The translations under genes and the position numbers were made by a program. From positions 1-64,000 of the IMG/VR virus record IMGVR_UViG_3300025770_001492: DNA of 64,000 bases, one strand, 5' to 3'. Positions 1 through 8,781 of this stretch are shown in pieces. The notes beneath the pieces are model-generated. The model saw only the letters and a list, made by a program, of their open reading frames with translations. It was not told where the DNA came from and did not search any database. Numbering within the stretch: position 1 is the first letter of the stretch; each line of letters opens with the position of its first letter.

Positions 1-109
1 CCAAAACAGTGATACTATCGCCATCAAGAATAGATTTTTGGAGAGCCTCAATCGTGTCTAGGTTGAGTTCATAATAGATCAATCCAAAAAATGGTTTTTC
101 GTTAATCAT
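1..109 (-). CDS. hypothetical protein, partial (runs off the left window edge)
   Basis: ATG overlaps the stop of the upstream gene; frame stays open to the edge (MINEKPFFGLIYY...). Confidence 0.5.
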   Translation of the reverse strand, partial: MINEKPFFGLIYYELNLDTIEALQKSILDGDSITVL

Positions 110-468
110 TTGCTCTCCTTGATTGGCCAATGTGTAATTTCTTCCAAGTTGTCAACATCACCTTGGAAGATATATGTTAGCAAAACATCCTCGTCATCCG
201 TCTGATACAAAGAAACTGGCTGACGCTTGTAGAGGTGAGGATGGCCCTCAATGAGATCTAAATTTTTCAAGCACTCTTCGTTTACTGCCCAAAGCTCACC
301 CTCAATGCTTATTCCTTCTTTCCTATCTTCAATCAAAGCAGGGTAGCTGCCAACGTTGAACAGTTTGTACTGGGGCAAAGTTTTTCTGATCCCTAGAAAG
401 ACTCCACTAATGCACTCTTCACGGCACTCGCCCTTTTTCAATGTTCCATAAATAAAAATTTTAGGCAT
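106..468 (-). CDS. gamma-glutamylcyclotransferase (GGCT/AIG2-like)
   Basis: IFIYGTLKKG, YPAL, IEGELW, LDLIEGHP motifs. Confidence 0.85.
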   Translation of the reverse strand: MPKIFIYGTLKKGECREECISGVFLGIRKTLPQYKLFNVGSYPALIEDRKEGISIEGELWAVNEECLKNLDLIEGHPHLYKRQPVSLYQTDDEDVLLTYIFQGDVDNLEEITHWPIKESK

Positions 469-1453
469 CGTTTTTAACCAAATTCATATTTTCGTCAAAG
501 TGCAAAGAAGATAATTCATCCAAACACACAAATAGAGTTGATTCAATCTTTAAAGACACAGGAACTCCCTGAATATTCAAAGATCCCCCATCGTTGCACT
601 GGGTGCTTCTCATATCGTCAGAACAAGCAAGAATCTTTAGATCTGTATCGTTCAAATCGTACTTATTTTTAGCACAATCTAAAACTTGATCAATGTTCCA
701 TGAAAAATTGGTGATCTTGCCATCTTCTAATAGAAAATTAAGCTTGGCCATAAAGTCTCTGTGGTAATGTCCAAAAACCCAAAGCTTTGGTCGGTGCGAC
801 CAAAGCATTGCTTCCAAACCTTGGTTTGTACGAGTTTTGATCACTCGTCCAGATGGCAACATTCCTGCTGCTGAAAAATATTCAACAACACTCAAAGGAG
901 CAGAATGACTTGCCATGAAAAATGGACGCTGAATCACAAAGTCTTGAACTGCATTCTCCATTTCAGAGTGATTCAGTTCTTCTTCTGGAAACCAATCATA
1001 TCCAAGCTGCCTGTGATCTTGATCAATTGACCACGCACCTCTTGTGTAGAATAATTTGTTTGGCAGGTCGTCAGAAGGACTTGATTCTGGTATCTCCCAA
1101 GTTCCCCAATCTCCCAGATGATTTTTTGGAAGAAAAGGAAATCTGTGTTCGTTCCCGAATTCAGAATCAGAATAATAATTATCGTGATTTCCGCCAAAGA
1201 AAACATGACGACTATGATCTACATCGGATAGAAAATCATAATCAAAACCCATGTCTCCAACTTGCAGGGAATGTTTGGATTTTTCTATAACCTTTTTATA
1301 GAGATCGCCCTTGCCATGAACATCTCCTACTACACAAAAATGCGATTCTGGCAGATGGGTAAAATCCGTGACAGTGTCGTTCTGGCGTCTATTAAAACGT
1401 CCGTCTGACATTTTTGAAACATCACAAGGAAAAATAAAACCACTCACACTCAT
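461..1453 (-). CDS. calcineurin-like metallophosphoesterase
   Basis: GDVHG, QVGDMG, GNHD, SH and FGHYH metal-binding motifs. Confidence 0.85.
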   Translation of the reverse strand: MSVSGFIFPCDVSKMSDGRFNRRQNDTVTDFTHLPESHFCVVGDVHGKGDLYKKVIEKSKHSLQVGDMGFDYDFLSDVDHSRHVFFGGNHDNYYSDSEFGNEHRFPFLPKNHLGDWGTWEIPESSPSDDLPNKLFYTRGAWSIDQDHRQLGYDWFPEEELNHSEMENAVQDFVIQRPFFMASHSAPLSVVEYFSAAGMLPSGRVIKTRTNQGLEAMLWSHRPKLWVFGHYHRDFMAKLNFLLEDGKITNFSWNIDQVLDCAKNKYDLNDTDLKILACSDDMRSTQCNDGGSLNIQGVPVSLKIESTLFVCLDELSSLHFDENMNLVKNDA

Positions 1454-1494
1454 AAAAAGTCCTTAAAATAAATGCTGCCAGCAACTACAACACA

Positions 1495-1654
1495 TGCTGG
1501 TCCTCTCCAGAATTTGAAACCGGCTCTGGCCCTAAAATTAGGGGTCTGGTGGTCCATTCCATTCTCCGATACTTGGGTGGGTCTAGTTGTCGCCCTCGCA
1601 CGTACCCTTTCTCGTCAATCGCTAAATCAACGGATTTCTCAGTGGAATCCAGCA
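1495..1654 (-). ncRNA. candidate structured RNA downstream of clpX
   Basis: GC-richer intergenic tract closed by TGCTGG/CCAGCA with further nested helices. Confidence 0.3.
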
Positions 1655-1658
1655 ATTA

Positions 1659-2948
1659 TTACGCTGCTTTTCGCTTAACTTCCTTACGGACATATTTTGC
1701 ATCAATAGAAACACTTGTGTCTTTCATGTTAGGCAAGTCGAACATCATGTCGTTCATGACTTCTTCAACAACGCCCCTAAGAGCACGAGCACCTGTTTTT
1801 CTTTCTATTGCTTGTTGTGCAATTTCTTCTAATGCACCATTGGAAAACTTCAACTCTACGCCATCCATTTCAAACAATCTCTGGTACTGTTTTACGAGAG
1901 CATTTTTTGGCTTGGACAGAATTCTAACAAGAGCATCTTTTGTCATCGAATTCACATGAGTAAGAACAGGTAATCGACCAACCAACTCAGGAATCAAACC
2001 AAATTGCGTGATGTCGTCTGTAGTGATGAATGGCATCCATTCACTGTCATCTTTTTTAACATCTGACAAATTTTGTTGTCCAAATCCAATTGATTTTTTG
2101 TTTTTTCTCTTATTAACAATCTCTTCAAGACCAACAAATGTCCCTCCGCAAATAAACAGAATATTTGAAGTGTCAAGTCTAAGATATGACTGCTCTGGAT
2201 GCTTTCTGCCTCCTTGTGGAGGAACATTTGCAACTGTTCCCTCAAGCATTTTCAGCAAACTTTGCTGCACGCCTTCGCCAGAAACATCTCTAGTGATAGA
2301 AACATTACGACTGGTTGAGCCAATCTTATCGATCTCATCTAAATAAATAATCCCTCTTTGCGCAGCTTCAATATCGCCTTCTGCGTTGAATATCAACTTG
2401 AGCAAAAGATTTTCAACATCTTCACCTACGTATCCAGCTTCTGTCAAAGTAGTTGCGTCACCGATTGCAAACGGGACATGAATAAATTTAGCCAAGGTCT
2501 CAGCCATCAAAGTTTTACCGCAACCAGTTGGCCCAATCATGAGAATATTAGATTTGTCAATTTCCACATCTTTAAAACTCTTACTCGGAACAATAGAAGA
2601 AATTAGTCGTTTGTAGTGATTTACGACAGCAACAGCCATTGATTTTTTGGCATAATCCTGTCCGATGATATATTGATCAAGGTGAGTCACAATCTCGGCA
2701 GGAGCGGGAATCTCTTTGTCGAGGAATTTTGCGAAGCTGTTTGAGCTTTGCTCATCCTCTTTTTTCTCTGATTTATAAACCTGCTCTGCAAGCTTGATGC
2801 AGTCATTACAAATATATACAGTCGTATCTTCGTACTTGTCTGACTCTTTTGCTAGTCTGTTGGATGTGCCCTCTACCAAAGGTCCAACTTCTCTATAACT
2901 TTTGTTGCAAAAATCACACGCTTGATGTGGCCTCTTACTCTTCGGCAT
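1659..2948 (-). CDS. clpX: ATP-dependent Clp protease ATP-binding subunit ClpX
   Basis: N-terminal C4 zinc-binding domain, [47 protein letters not shown]; SD AAGGAG. Confidence 0.97.
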   Translation of the reverse strand: MPKSKRPHQACDFCNKSYREVGPLVEGTSNRLAKESDKYEDTTVYICNDCIKLAEQVYKSEKKEDEQSSNSFAKFLDKEIPAPAEIVTHLDQYIIGQDYAKKSMAVAVVNHYKRLISSIVPSKSFKDVEIDKSNILMIGPTGCGKTLMAETLAKFIHVPFAIGDATTLTEAGYVGEDVENLLLKLIFNAEGDIEAAQRGIIYLDEIDKIGSTSRNVSITRDVSGEGVQQSLLKMLEGTVANVPPQGGRKHPEQSYLRLDTSNILFICGGTFVGLEEIVNKRKNKKSIGFGQQNLSDVKKDDSEWMPFITTDDITQFGLIPELVGRLPVLTHVNSMTKDALVRILSKPKNALVKQYQRLFEMDGVELKFSNGALEEIAQQAIERKTGARALRGVVEEVMNDMMFDLPNMKDTSVSIDAKYVRKEVKRKAA

Positions 2949-2986
2949 TGAAATCTCCTTTTATCAACAAGTTTCATTAACAACAT

Positions 2987-3015
2987 ATGATACTGTTAAG
3001 GCTCACATGTGTAAA
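2987..3015 (-). promoter_or_regulatory. sigma70-like promoter of clpX (TTTACA-N17-TATCAT)
   Basis: Hexamers read directly upstream of the clpX RBS. Confidence 0.6.
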
Positions 3016-3059
3016 CTTGGATCGAAAAAATTGTTCACAAGTCCTTACGAAACAGCATC

Positions 3060-3980
3060 TTATCTTGTTTTGGTTGGTTCTTCTAAATGTGTCAAACCAC
3101 TCTGCAATGCCTCAAAGTTTGACCATCTTTTTTTCAAATATTCATGGTTTTCATGAAAAGTTTTTTTCAAATCAATCTTTAAGCCACCTTTATCTGGCGA
3201 TTGATTTACTGCTTTAATCGTTTTGTTTTCGTGGTGAACCACCAAATCAAGATGAAGAGCATATATGTCAAAACCGTGTTCTTTAATTCTCAGGGATAAA
3301 TCAGCATCCTCTGCATATGCGAATTTAAGATTCTTCTGGTCGAATAACTTAAAAAATGGTTCTTCATCGAAAGTGCTTGGGAAAAACCTCTTTTTGTCAG
3401 GCAGAGGAGAGTGCAGCCGATCAAACCATCCGTCTAAAAGATCACGACGAACACACATGGACCAACCGCAGATATAATCTATGTTTGAACCAAAATTAAT
3501 TTTTCCACCTCTAAATTCATCATTCAATATTCCTCCCATATATCCAGTTTGTCCAACGTCTTCATTTTGTTGCAGCCAGCCTATCATTGCCTTGTCCCAA
3601 TCAGGCTTAACTTCTGTGTCTGAATTTAGAAGAATCACATAATCGGACAGACCAAGCTCAAACAATCTATTATTTGGTTCTATAAATCCAATATTCTCTT
3701 CGCTTCTCAAAACCATTATGCTGCTGTTAGAAATAGATTCCAAGTATTCTCTTGTTTCCTGATCAGATGCATTATCCCATATAAATATGTTGTAGTTTTT
3801 CGTGTTCTCTTTTATAGATTCTATACACTTTTTAATGTAATCAAGCTGATTGTGGACAACAATCAAAATATCTTTTTCTGCTTTTTCGTATTTTGCCAAA
3901 CACAAAAGTTCATCCTTCATGGAAGCTTGGCAATTTTCCATTTTATGCAAAGCAGTCATTTTTCTAAGATTTTCTTTCAT
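3060..3980 (-). CDS. glycosyltransferase family 2
   Basis: ILIVVHN, WDNASD, ENIGF, LLNSDTE, AEDADL. Confidence 0.85.
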   Translation of the reverse strand: MKENLRKMTALHKMENCQASMKDELLCLAKYEKAEKDILIVVHNQLDYIKKCIESIKENTKNYNIFIWDNASDQETREYLESISNSSIMVLRSEENIGFIEPNNRLFELGLSDYVILLNSDTEVKPDWDKAMIGWLQQNEDVGQTGYMGGILNDEFRGGKINFGSNIDYICGWSMCVRRDLLDGWFDRLHSPLPDKKRFFPSTFDEEPFFKLFDQKNLKFAYAEDADLSLRIKEHGFDIYALHLDLVVHHENKTIKAVNQSPDKGGLKIDLKKTFHENHEYLKKRWSNFEALQSGLTHLEEPTKTR

Positions 3981-4022
3981 GGAACTATTATAGTTATAAG
4001 GAATAATTTCAGGAGACAACAA

Positions 4023-4625
4023 ATGAGACTAGATCACATAGCCTATCGTGTGGCTGATAGAAATAAAACCGCTAAATTTTTCCAAGAATCATTTGGATAC
4101 ACAGTGCAAGAAGAGTTCGAAATCAAATTCGAAGACGGAAGCACCGCAAAGTGCATAGCTTTGAACCCGCCTGAAAAATTAGATCACAGGATGCCTTTCA
4201 AATTTGGAGTTCAAGTAGTTGAACAAACAAACAATGAATATAAAGATTTGATTGATCAGTCAAGAGATGCAACCCAAACAAACATTTATCCAACTTGCAA
4301 CTATCATCTATCGCCTGAAATATTTGTAAGTGATGGAGAATCAAACAGTATAGTTGGAAAATGGGTAGAAGAAAGAGGAAGAGTAGGAGGCATCCACCAT
4401 CTAGCGTATCAAGTTATCAATGTTGAAGCAACAATGAACGAATGGAAAGAAAAAGGCTATGCCGAATTCACCACAAAAGAGCCTATAAAGTGTGAAGGGG
4501 TCACGCAGGTTTTCACAAAGCCAAGCGAATTAACTGGTGTGATATATGAGTTCATAGAGAGATCAGAACAAGGATTTTGCAAAGACAATGTAAAAGACTT
4601 AATGGAATCTACAAAAAATCATTGA
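4023..4625 (+). CDS. VOC (glyoxalase/HPPD-like) family protein
   Basis: LDHIAYRV, GGIHHLAYQV, GVIYEFIER; SD AGGAG before ATG 4023. Confidence 0.75.
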   Translation: MRLDHIAYRVADRNKTAKFFQESFGYTVQEEFEIKFEDGSTAKCIALNPPEKLDHRMPFKFGVQVVEQTNNEYKDLIDQSRDATQTNIYPTCNYHLSPEIFVSDGESNSIVGKWVEERGRVGGIHHLAYQVINVEATMNEWKEKGYAEFTTKEPIKCEGVTQVFTKPSELTGVIYEFIERSEQGFCKDNVKDLMESTKNH

Positions 4626-4630
4626 TACGT

Positions 4631-4666
4631 AAAAAAATAGCCTCATAAAAATATGAGGCTATTTTT
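4631..4666. terminator. bidirectional rho-independent terminator
   Basis: AAAAATAGCCTCAT/ATGAGGCTATTTTT between convergent genes. Confidence 0.8.
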
Positions 4667-4691
4667 CTGACCAAACAAAGACGCCCAAGTC

Positions 4692-5171
4692 CTATGCCGC
4701 TTTAATGTTGAGCTTATAAAGCCCAGTTTCCTTTTCCCTTACCACGACTTTATTCTCTTCTTTTTTCAGACTCCAAAGAGCTTGAGAAACCATTTGAGCT
4801 ATCGGGGTTTTGGCTTCGGTTTTATATCCACTGGCGACAACATGCCTAACAACCTCTTTAAGTTTCATTCCACCCTCATCCTTACTGAGGACTTCACAAA
4901 CTAGCCGATGCAGCGGCATTGCATTTTTGGAACGCTTCTTCGGCTTCTTAGTAGAAGAACCATTCTTTGACCCAACAGGACGGCCTCGTTTGGCAGGCTT
5001 ATCAGTTCCGCCTCGTTTGGCAGGCTTTGATCCACCCATTTTCTCAATGGCCTGATTGAGGATTTCAATCCGGTCACGGATTTCCGCAACTTGACCTTCA
5101 CACTCCTTAAGACCTTGTGTTTCTTCAGCGACCATCGCACGAAGACTTTTAACATTTGAAGAATTACTCAT
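4692..5171 (-). CDS. nucleoid-associated-like DNA-binding protein (coiled coil, AT-hook-like repeats, winged HTH)
   Basis: N-terminal heptads, duplicated KPAKRG (18-nt direct repeat) with KRGRP, HARE-HTH-like C-terminus. Confidence 0.6.
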   Translation of the reverse strand: MSNSSNVKSLRAMVAEETQGLKECEGQVAEIRDRIEILNQAIEKMGGSKPAKRGGTDKPAKRGRPVGSKNGSSTKKPKKRSKNAMPLHRLVCEVLSKDEGGMKLKEVVRHVVASGYKTEAKTPIAQMVSQALWSLKKEENKVVVREKETGLYKLNIKAA

Positions 5172-5226
5172 AGCAGTACTTTCCTTCGAGCAGACCCTAA
5201 AATTACCAACAAACTTCTAACGGGCC

Positions 5227-5256
5227 TTTACAGGTCAAAAGCTTGCTTTTTATACT
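5227..5256 (+). promoter_or_regulatory. possible plus-strand promoter TTTACA-N18-TATACT toward csrA
   Basis: Hexamers seen; faces the minus-strand triple promoter. Confidence 0.4.
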
Positions 5257-5264
5257 CTAACTCT

Positions 5265-5424
5265 ACTATACGACCTTTTTTGAAGTTGTAAAGTAGAATC
5301 TTTTGTTGAATCCTTCCTGCATCTAACTATACGACCTTTTTTTAAGTTGTAAAGTAAGATTTTTAGTATTTGACTTCCGACATCTTTGTCACTTTAACTA
5401 TACGTCTTTTATCATGTTTGTAAA
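5265..5424 (-). promoter_or_regulatory. three tandem promoters TTTACA-N16-TATAGT (5265-5292, 5326-5353, 5397-5424)
   Basis: Three near-identical repeats ACTATACG...TGTAAAG upstream of the nucleoid-protein gene. Confidence 0.8.
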
Positions 5425-5528
5425 GCAAAAAAAACAAAACGCATAAATTACTCGATTTTAGCAATCGAAAAAAAGCAGTAAACACTAGCTTAAAGCTACA
5501 ACCAATCTTCATAAAAAGGAATTAAAAC

Positions 5529-5762
5529 ATGTTGGTACTGAGCAGAAAAAGAGATGAGAAAATAATTATTAAGGTCCCAAAAGAAAAACTAGTCGAACTT
5601 GAAAACGACGATTCTTGCGACATTGAAATCACAATCGTTAAGATTGACAACCACAACAAGGTTCGACTAGGAATCGAAGCCGACACAGATGTTGTCGTTC
5701 TTAGAGAGGAACTCGACCCAAAAAGAACATTCCCAATTGGGTCAATTGCCGCAACCAGATAA
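5529..5762 (+). CDS. csrA: CsrA/RsmA carbon storage regulator homologue with insertion
   Basis: MLVLSRK...KVRLGIEA...VLREEL; SD AAGGA. Confidence 0.85.
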   Translation: MLVLSRKRDEKIIIKVPKEKLVELENDDSCDIEITIVKIDNHNKVRLGIEADTDVVVLREELDPKRTFPIGSIAATR

Positions 5763-5804
5763 CTGTAGTTGCGTGTCAAGATTAAGCAAGCAAAAAAAAG
5801 ATTT

Positions 5805-5898
5805 ATCTTTCTGGACCTGCAAAGCTGGGAATGGTGTCCGGGACCACTCAGCGAGCATACCCGAATAAACACTGGGGATGGGTTCCAGCCAGAAAGAT
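5805..5898. ncRNA. candidate four-way-junction structured RNA
   Basis: 10-bp closing stem ATCTTTCTGG/CCAGAAAGAT with an inner stem and three hairpins; GC-rich. Confidence 0.5.
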
Positions 5899-5900
5899 TT

Positions 5901-6971
5901 TTAACTTCCAGATATTAACTCGCTAATTGAGCCATGTTCATGAGTCCTTCTGATTGACTGGGCAAATATTTTAGCTGTTTCGATAATGTGAGTATTCTTC
6001 AGAGTTGATTCATTTAATCTGAATGGAGGGATTGTGTCTGAAATAACTAATCGAGGGACTTCCTTCAAAAAATCATTCGCCTCGCCAACAAACAGTCCGT
6101 GAGTGGCGCATGCTGCCCACGGTTCTCCTCCGTGGCTTATAATCGCATCTATGCTTGACTTTATTGTTTTCCCGCTAGAAATCATATCGTCAAGTATGAT
6201 GACTCTCTTGTCTTTAACATCACCGATTATATCATCTCCAACAGTTACCGTTGAAGACATCTTTCCATTGTCGCCAGCGTTAGACACTCTTTCTTTATCG
6301 ACAGAAGCTAGGCCAATCTTAACGTCTTCACCCAATAAAGACTTTATTTTTTTTTCTAAAGAATTTCTAAATCTTCGGCACCTTCCTATGCCTCCAGAAT
6401 CGGGAGCAAGCACCACTAAGTTGTCTAAATCATTTTTCAAAGGATCTGGAATAGAATTCTTTTCATCAAAACCAAGCAAATAATCAACAAGAAGGTTTTT
6501 AATTTCTAGATTGTCAACAGTTAATGGCCGGTCACCAATTGGTGCAGAGTTTTGATAGGCTCCTAAATTATGAACATCCATCGTGATTGCACGCCTGACT
6601 CCCATGCTCTTAAGCAAATGACCAACATACTTTGTTGTAATTGGCGCACGACTCTCTGTTTTTCTGTCTTGTCTTGAAAATCCCCAATAAGGAGATATTA
6701 CGCTAATTTCCCCAGAGGACGCATCAATCAGCGAGCCAATAAAAGTAAGTAAATTCCAGTACTTTTCACCCACGCTCTGATCGTCATCTCCATAGGTAGA
6801 CTGAATGACGTAGCACTCAAAGCCTCTAACGTTTACATCGCTTTTTAGATAAGACTCAGTATCAGAAAAAAAGTTCTCAGTATGAGGAGAAACTGATAGG
6901 TCTAAATGGTCTGCAACTTTCTTCGCATAGTCGCCTGTTCCACTCAGGCCAAAGATTCGAACGTCTTTCAT
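5901..6971 (-). CDS. prs: ribose-phosphate pyrophosphokinase (PRPP synthetase)
   Basis: FSDTE, SRQDRK, MDVH, APDSGG, DKER, ILDDMISSGKT, ATHGLF. Confidence 0.93.
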   Translation of the reverse strand: MKDVRIFGLSGTGDYAKKVADHLDLSVSPHTENFFSDTESYLKSDVNVRGFECYVIQSTYGDDDQSVGEKYWNLLTFIGSLIDASSGEISVISPYWGFSRQDRKTESRAPITTKYVGHLLKSMGVRRAITMDVHNLGAYQNSAPIGDRPLTVDNLEIKNLLVDYLLGFDEKNSIPDPLKNDLDNLVVLAPDSGGIGRCRRFRNSLEKKIKSLLGEDVKIGLASVDKERVSNAGDNGKMSSTVTVGDDIIGDVKDKRVIILDDMISSGKTIKSSIDAIISHGGEPWAACATHGLFVGEANDFLKEVPRLVISDTIPPFRLNESTLKNTHIIETAKIFAQSIRRTHEHGSISELISGS

Positions 6972-7018
6972 ATGGATCTCTCCAGAACCCTTTTACTTAA
7001 GAAGACATATTAAACCAA

Positions 7019-7312
7019 TCAAGCAGACTTATCAACCAGAGAATTCAAAATAGAAACAAATTCATCATGTGAACATCCCTGATCGATTACATAACTTTCA
7101 ACATAGCTCACTTCTTCTTCTGAAAATCCAAATTTATGTTTAAGCATCTCTGGATCATCGATATGCCAACGCCTTGCTACCCAAGATGCTGATAATACTC
7201 TGTAATAAAAAGATGAATCAAAAAGACGACAACAATTGTCGCAAGATGTAATTCCATCCTTCAACTCTATACTTAATGTGCGACCACAAAAGGGGCATAA
7301 TTTAATCATCAA
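7019..7312 (-). CDS. small zinc-ribbon protein
   Basis: CPFCG...CDNC. Confidence 0.55.
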   Translation of the reverse strand: MMIKLCPFCGRTLSIELKDGITSCDNCCRLFDSSFYYRVLSASWVARRWHIDDPEMLKHKFGFSEEEVSYVESYVIDQGCSHDEFVSILNSLVDKSA

Positions 7313-7335
7313 GATTATATATTTAACATCAATGC

Positions 7336-7371
7336 AAAAAAAAAGCCACTTGGAAAAAATCCAAGTGGCTT
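7336..7371 (-). terminator. rho-independent terminator
   Basis: AAGCCACTTGGA/TCCAAGTGGCTT plus U-tract on the minus strand. Confidence 0.8.
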
Positions 7372-7388
7372 CAAATTAGCTTCAAGTG

Positions 7389-8702
7389 CTATTCTTCATA
7401 CTCTTCTGCCTCTGCATCCTCTTGAGCAGCAGCCTCCGCTGCCGCCGTTTCGTCTTCAACGTCTTCTTCAACGTCTTCTTCAACGTCTTCGTCAACGTCT
7501 TCGTCTTCTTCAACGTCTTCTTCAACGTCTTCTTCAACGTCTTCGTCTTCACAAACACACGCATAGTGATCTTGAAGTATTCCAACAATATCACGATTGC
7601 CGTCATCCCAAGCTTCTTTAAGACGAACTACCAAAGTTACGTCTTCCATGCGAATATTTTCGACTTCTTCGCCATTCAGATACCCATCTGAGTCATATAA
7701 CTCACGGCACGGATTAAAGTGATGCTTCTTGACCTTGGACATGGTCAGAGGAATAACAACATCGTCCCCTTCTTCCCTCGCTGCATTTCGCACATCCTTG
7801 ATGCCGACTTCGACATTTCTATTTTCGAGTTGATCTGACTTTTGTTTTTTAGACTCGACTTGCTTGACAGATATGTCAGCGTCAGCTTCTGCTTGTGAAA
7901 CGTCTTCCCCAGTCATTTCTGCTTCGACCACGTAAGCCTCAGCAACTTCGGCAGACAGTTCTGATTTTTCTAGGTCTTCCTTTGCACGCTGCCTTAGAGC
8001 ATCTAAATGTTTCTGAGCATACAATTTGGCTTTTTCCAATCTGCACAGCCGATCAGCAACATCCTCAATTTTTGACAAATCAACTGCTGCTGATCGATTT
8101 AACTCGCCTGCTGTAAACGCAGAAAAAGTATCGTCATCCAGTTCGATAATATGGTCTGTCTCCCTGAGCCATGTGATCGACTTGCCTGTCATTCTCAAGA
8201 GTGCCGCATCGTCCCAACCGAGATCACGCCACTTTTTGATCAAGGCGATAGTGGCATGGTCCCCAATGTCGATACTTGTTGAGTTTTCTTGGAAAGCAAT
8301 CTCCCAAGCTTCCTCATCTGAAATATCTTGATGCAGGCGAGCTTCAACATACTCGTACACTTCTTCAGCAGGCTTCCACTCAGAAGATGCAGGATCATAG
8401 CACTCTTCATTTGAAGAAACCAATGAATCTAATGCATTGTATCGACGGTCGCCTGCAATCACTTGCAAAGTTCCATCTTCGAATTTGCGAACCGAAAGGG
8501 GGTCGTTAAGACCTTGCTTTTTAATTGATTCAGCAAGTTCTGAAATATCTTGGTCTCCCAAGCCTTTTTGACACACGGTCCCATCTGGCAGCGGGGTCCG
8601 TCTTGGATTCCACCAATCGGTTGAAGAATCGCAAGCGAGTTGAAGTTCAGACAATTTTATTTCGTACAAATTGCCTTTGATTTGTTTGATTTTCGTGGAC
8701 AT
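7389..8702 (-). CDS. ParB/Srx-like N-terminal domain protein with coiled coil and acidic tail
   Basis: LAESIKKQGLNDPLSVR, IAGDRRYNA, IAFQEN; start re-set to MSTKIK after SD AAGGAA. Confidence 0.8.
   Translation of the reverse strand: MSTKIKQIKGNLYEIKLSELQLACDSSTDWWNPRRTPLPDGTVCQKGLGDQDISELAESIKKQGLNDPLSVRKFEDGTLQVIAGDRRYNALDSLVSSNEECYDPASSEWKPAEEVYEYVEARLHQDISDEEAWEIAFQENSTSIDIGDHATIALIKKWRDLGWDDAALLRMTGKSITWLRETDHIIELDDDTFSAFTAGELNRSAAVDLSKIEDVADRLCRLEKAKLYAQKHLDALRQRAKEDLEKSELSAEVAEAYVVEAEMTGEDVSQAEADADISVKQVESKKQKSDQLENRNVEVGIKDVRNAAREEGDDVVIPLTMSKVKKHHFNPCRELYDSDGYLNGEEVENIRMEDVTLVVRLKEAWDDGNRDIVGILQDHYACVCEDEDVEEDVEEDVEEDEDVDEDVEEDVEEDVEDETAAAEAAAQEDAEAEEYEE
7450..7550. repeat. 12-nt coding tandem repeat (AACGTCTTCTTC) encoding EEDV units
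   Basis: Repeats directly visible in the ParB-like acidic tail. Confidence 0.85.
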
Positions 8703-8781
8703 GATCAATTCCTTAACTAGGTAGAAGAAAAATACGCCGACTCCATTGGCAGAGAGCGTCCGCAAAAACAATAAGCCTCCT

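Noticed and set aside
922-2606. Opposite-strand ORFs in the track (e.g. 922-1290, 1549-1959, 2008-2346)
   Set aside because: They overlap well-supported genes on the other strand and lack an RBS or recognisable motifs.
5265-5424. Three spaced repeats resembling a mini CRISPR array
   Set aside because: The repeats are degenerate, irregularly spaced, match promoter hexamers, and no cas genes are present.
7382-7691. Low-complexity alternative ORFs (KKTLKKT and VFFNVFF repeats)
   Set aside because: Shadow frames of the EEDV repeat in the ParB-like gene.
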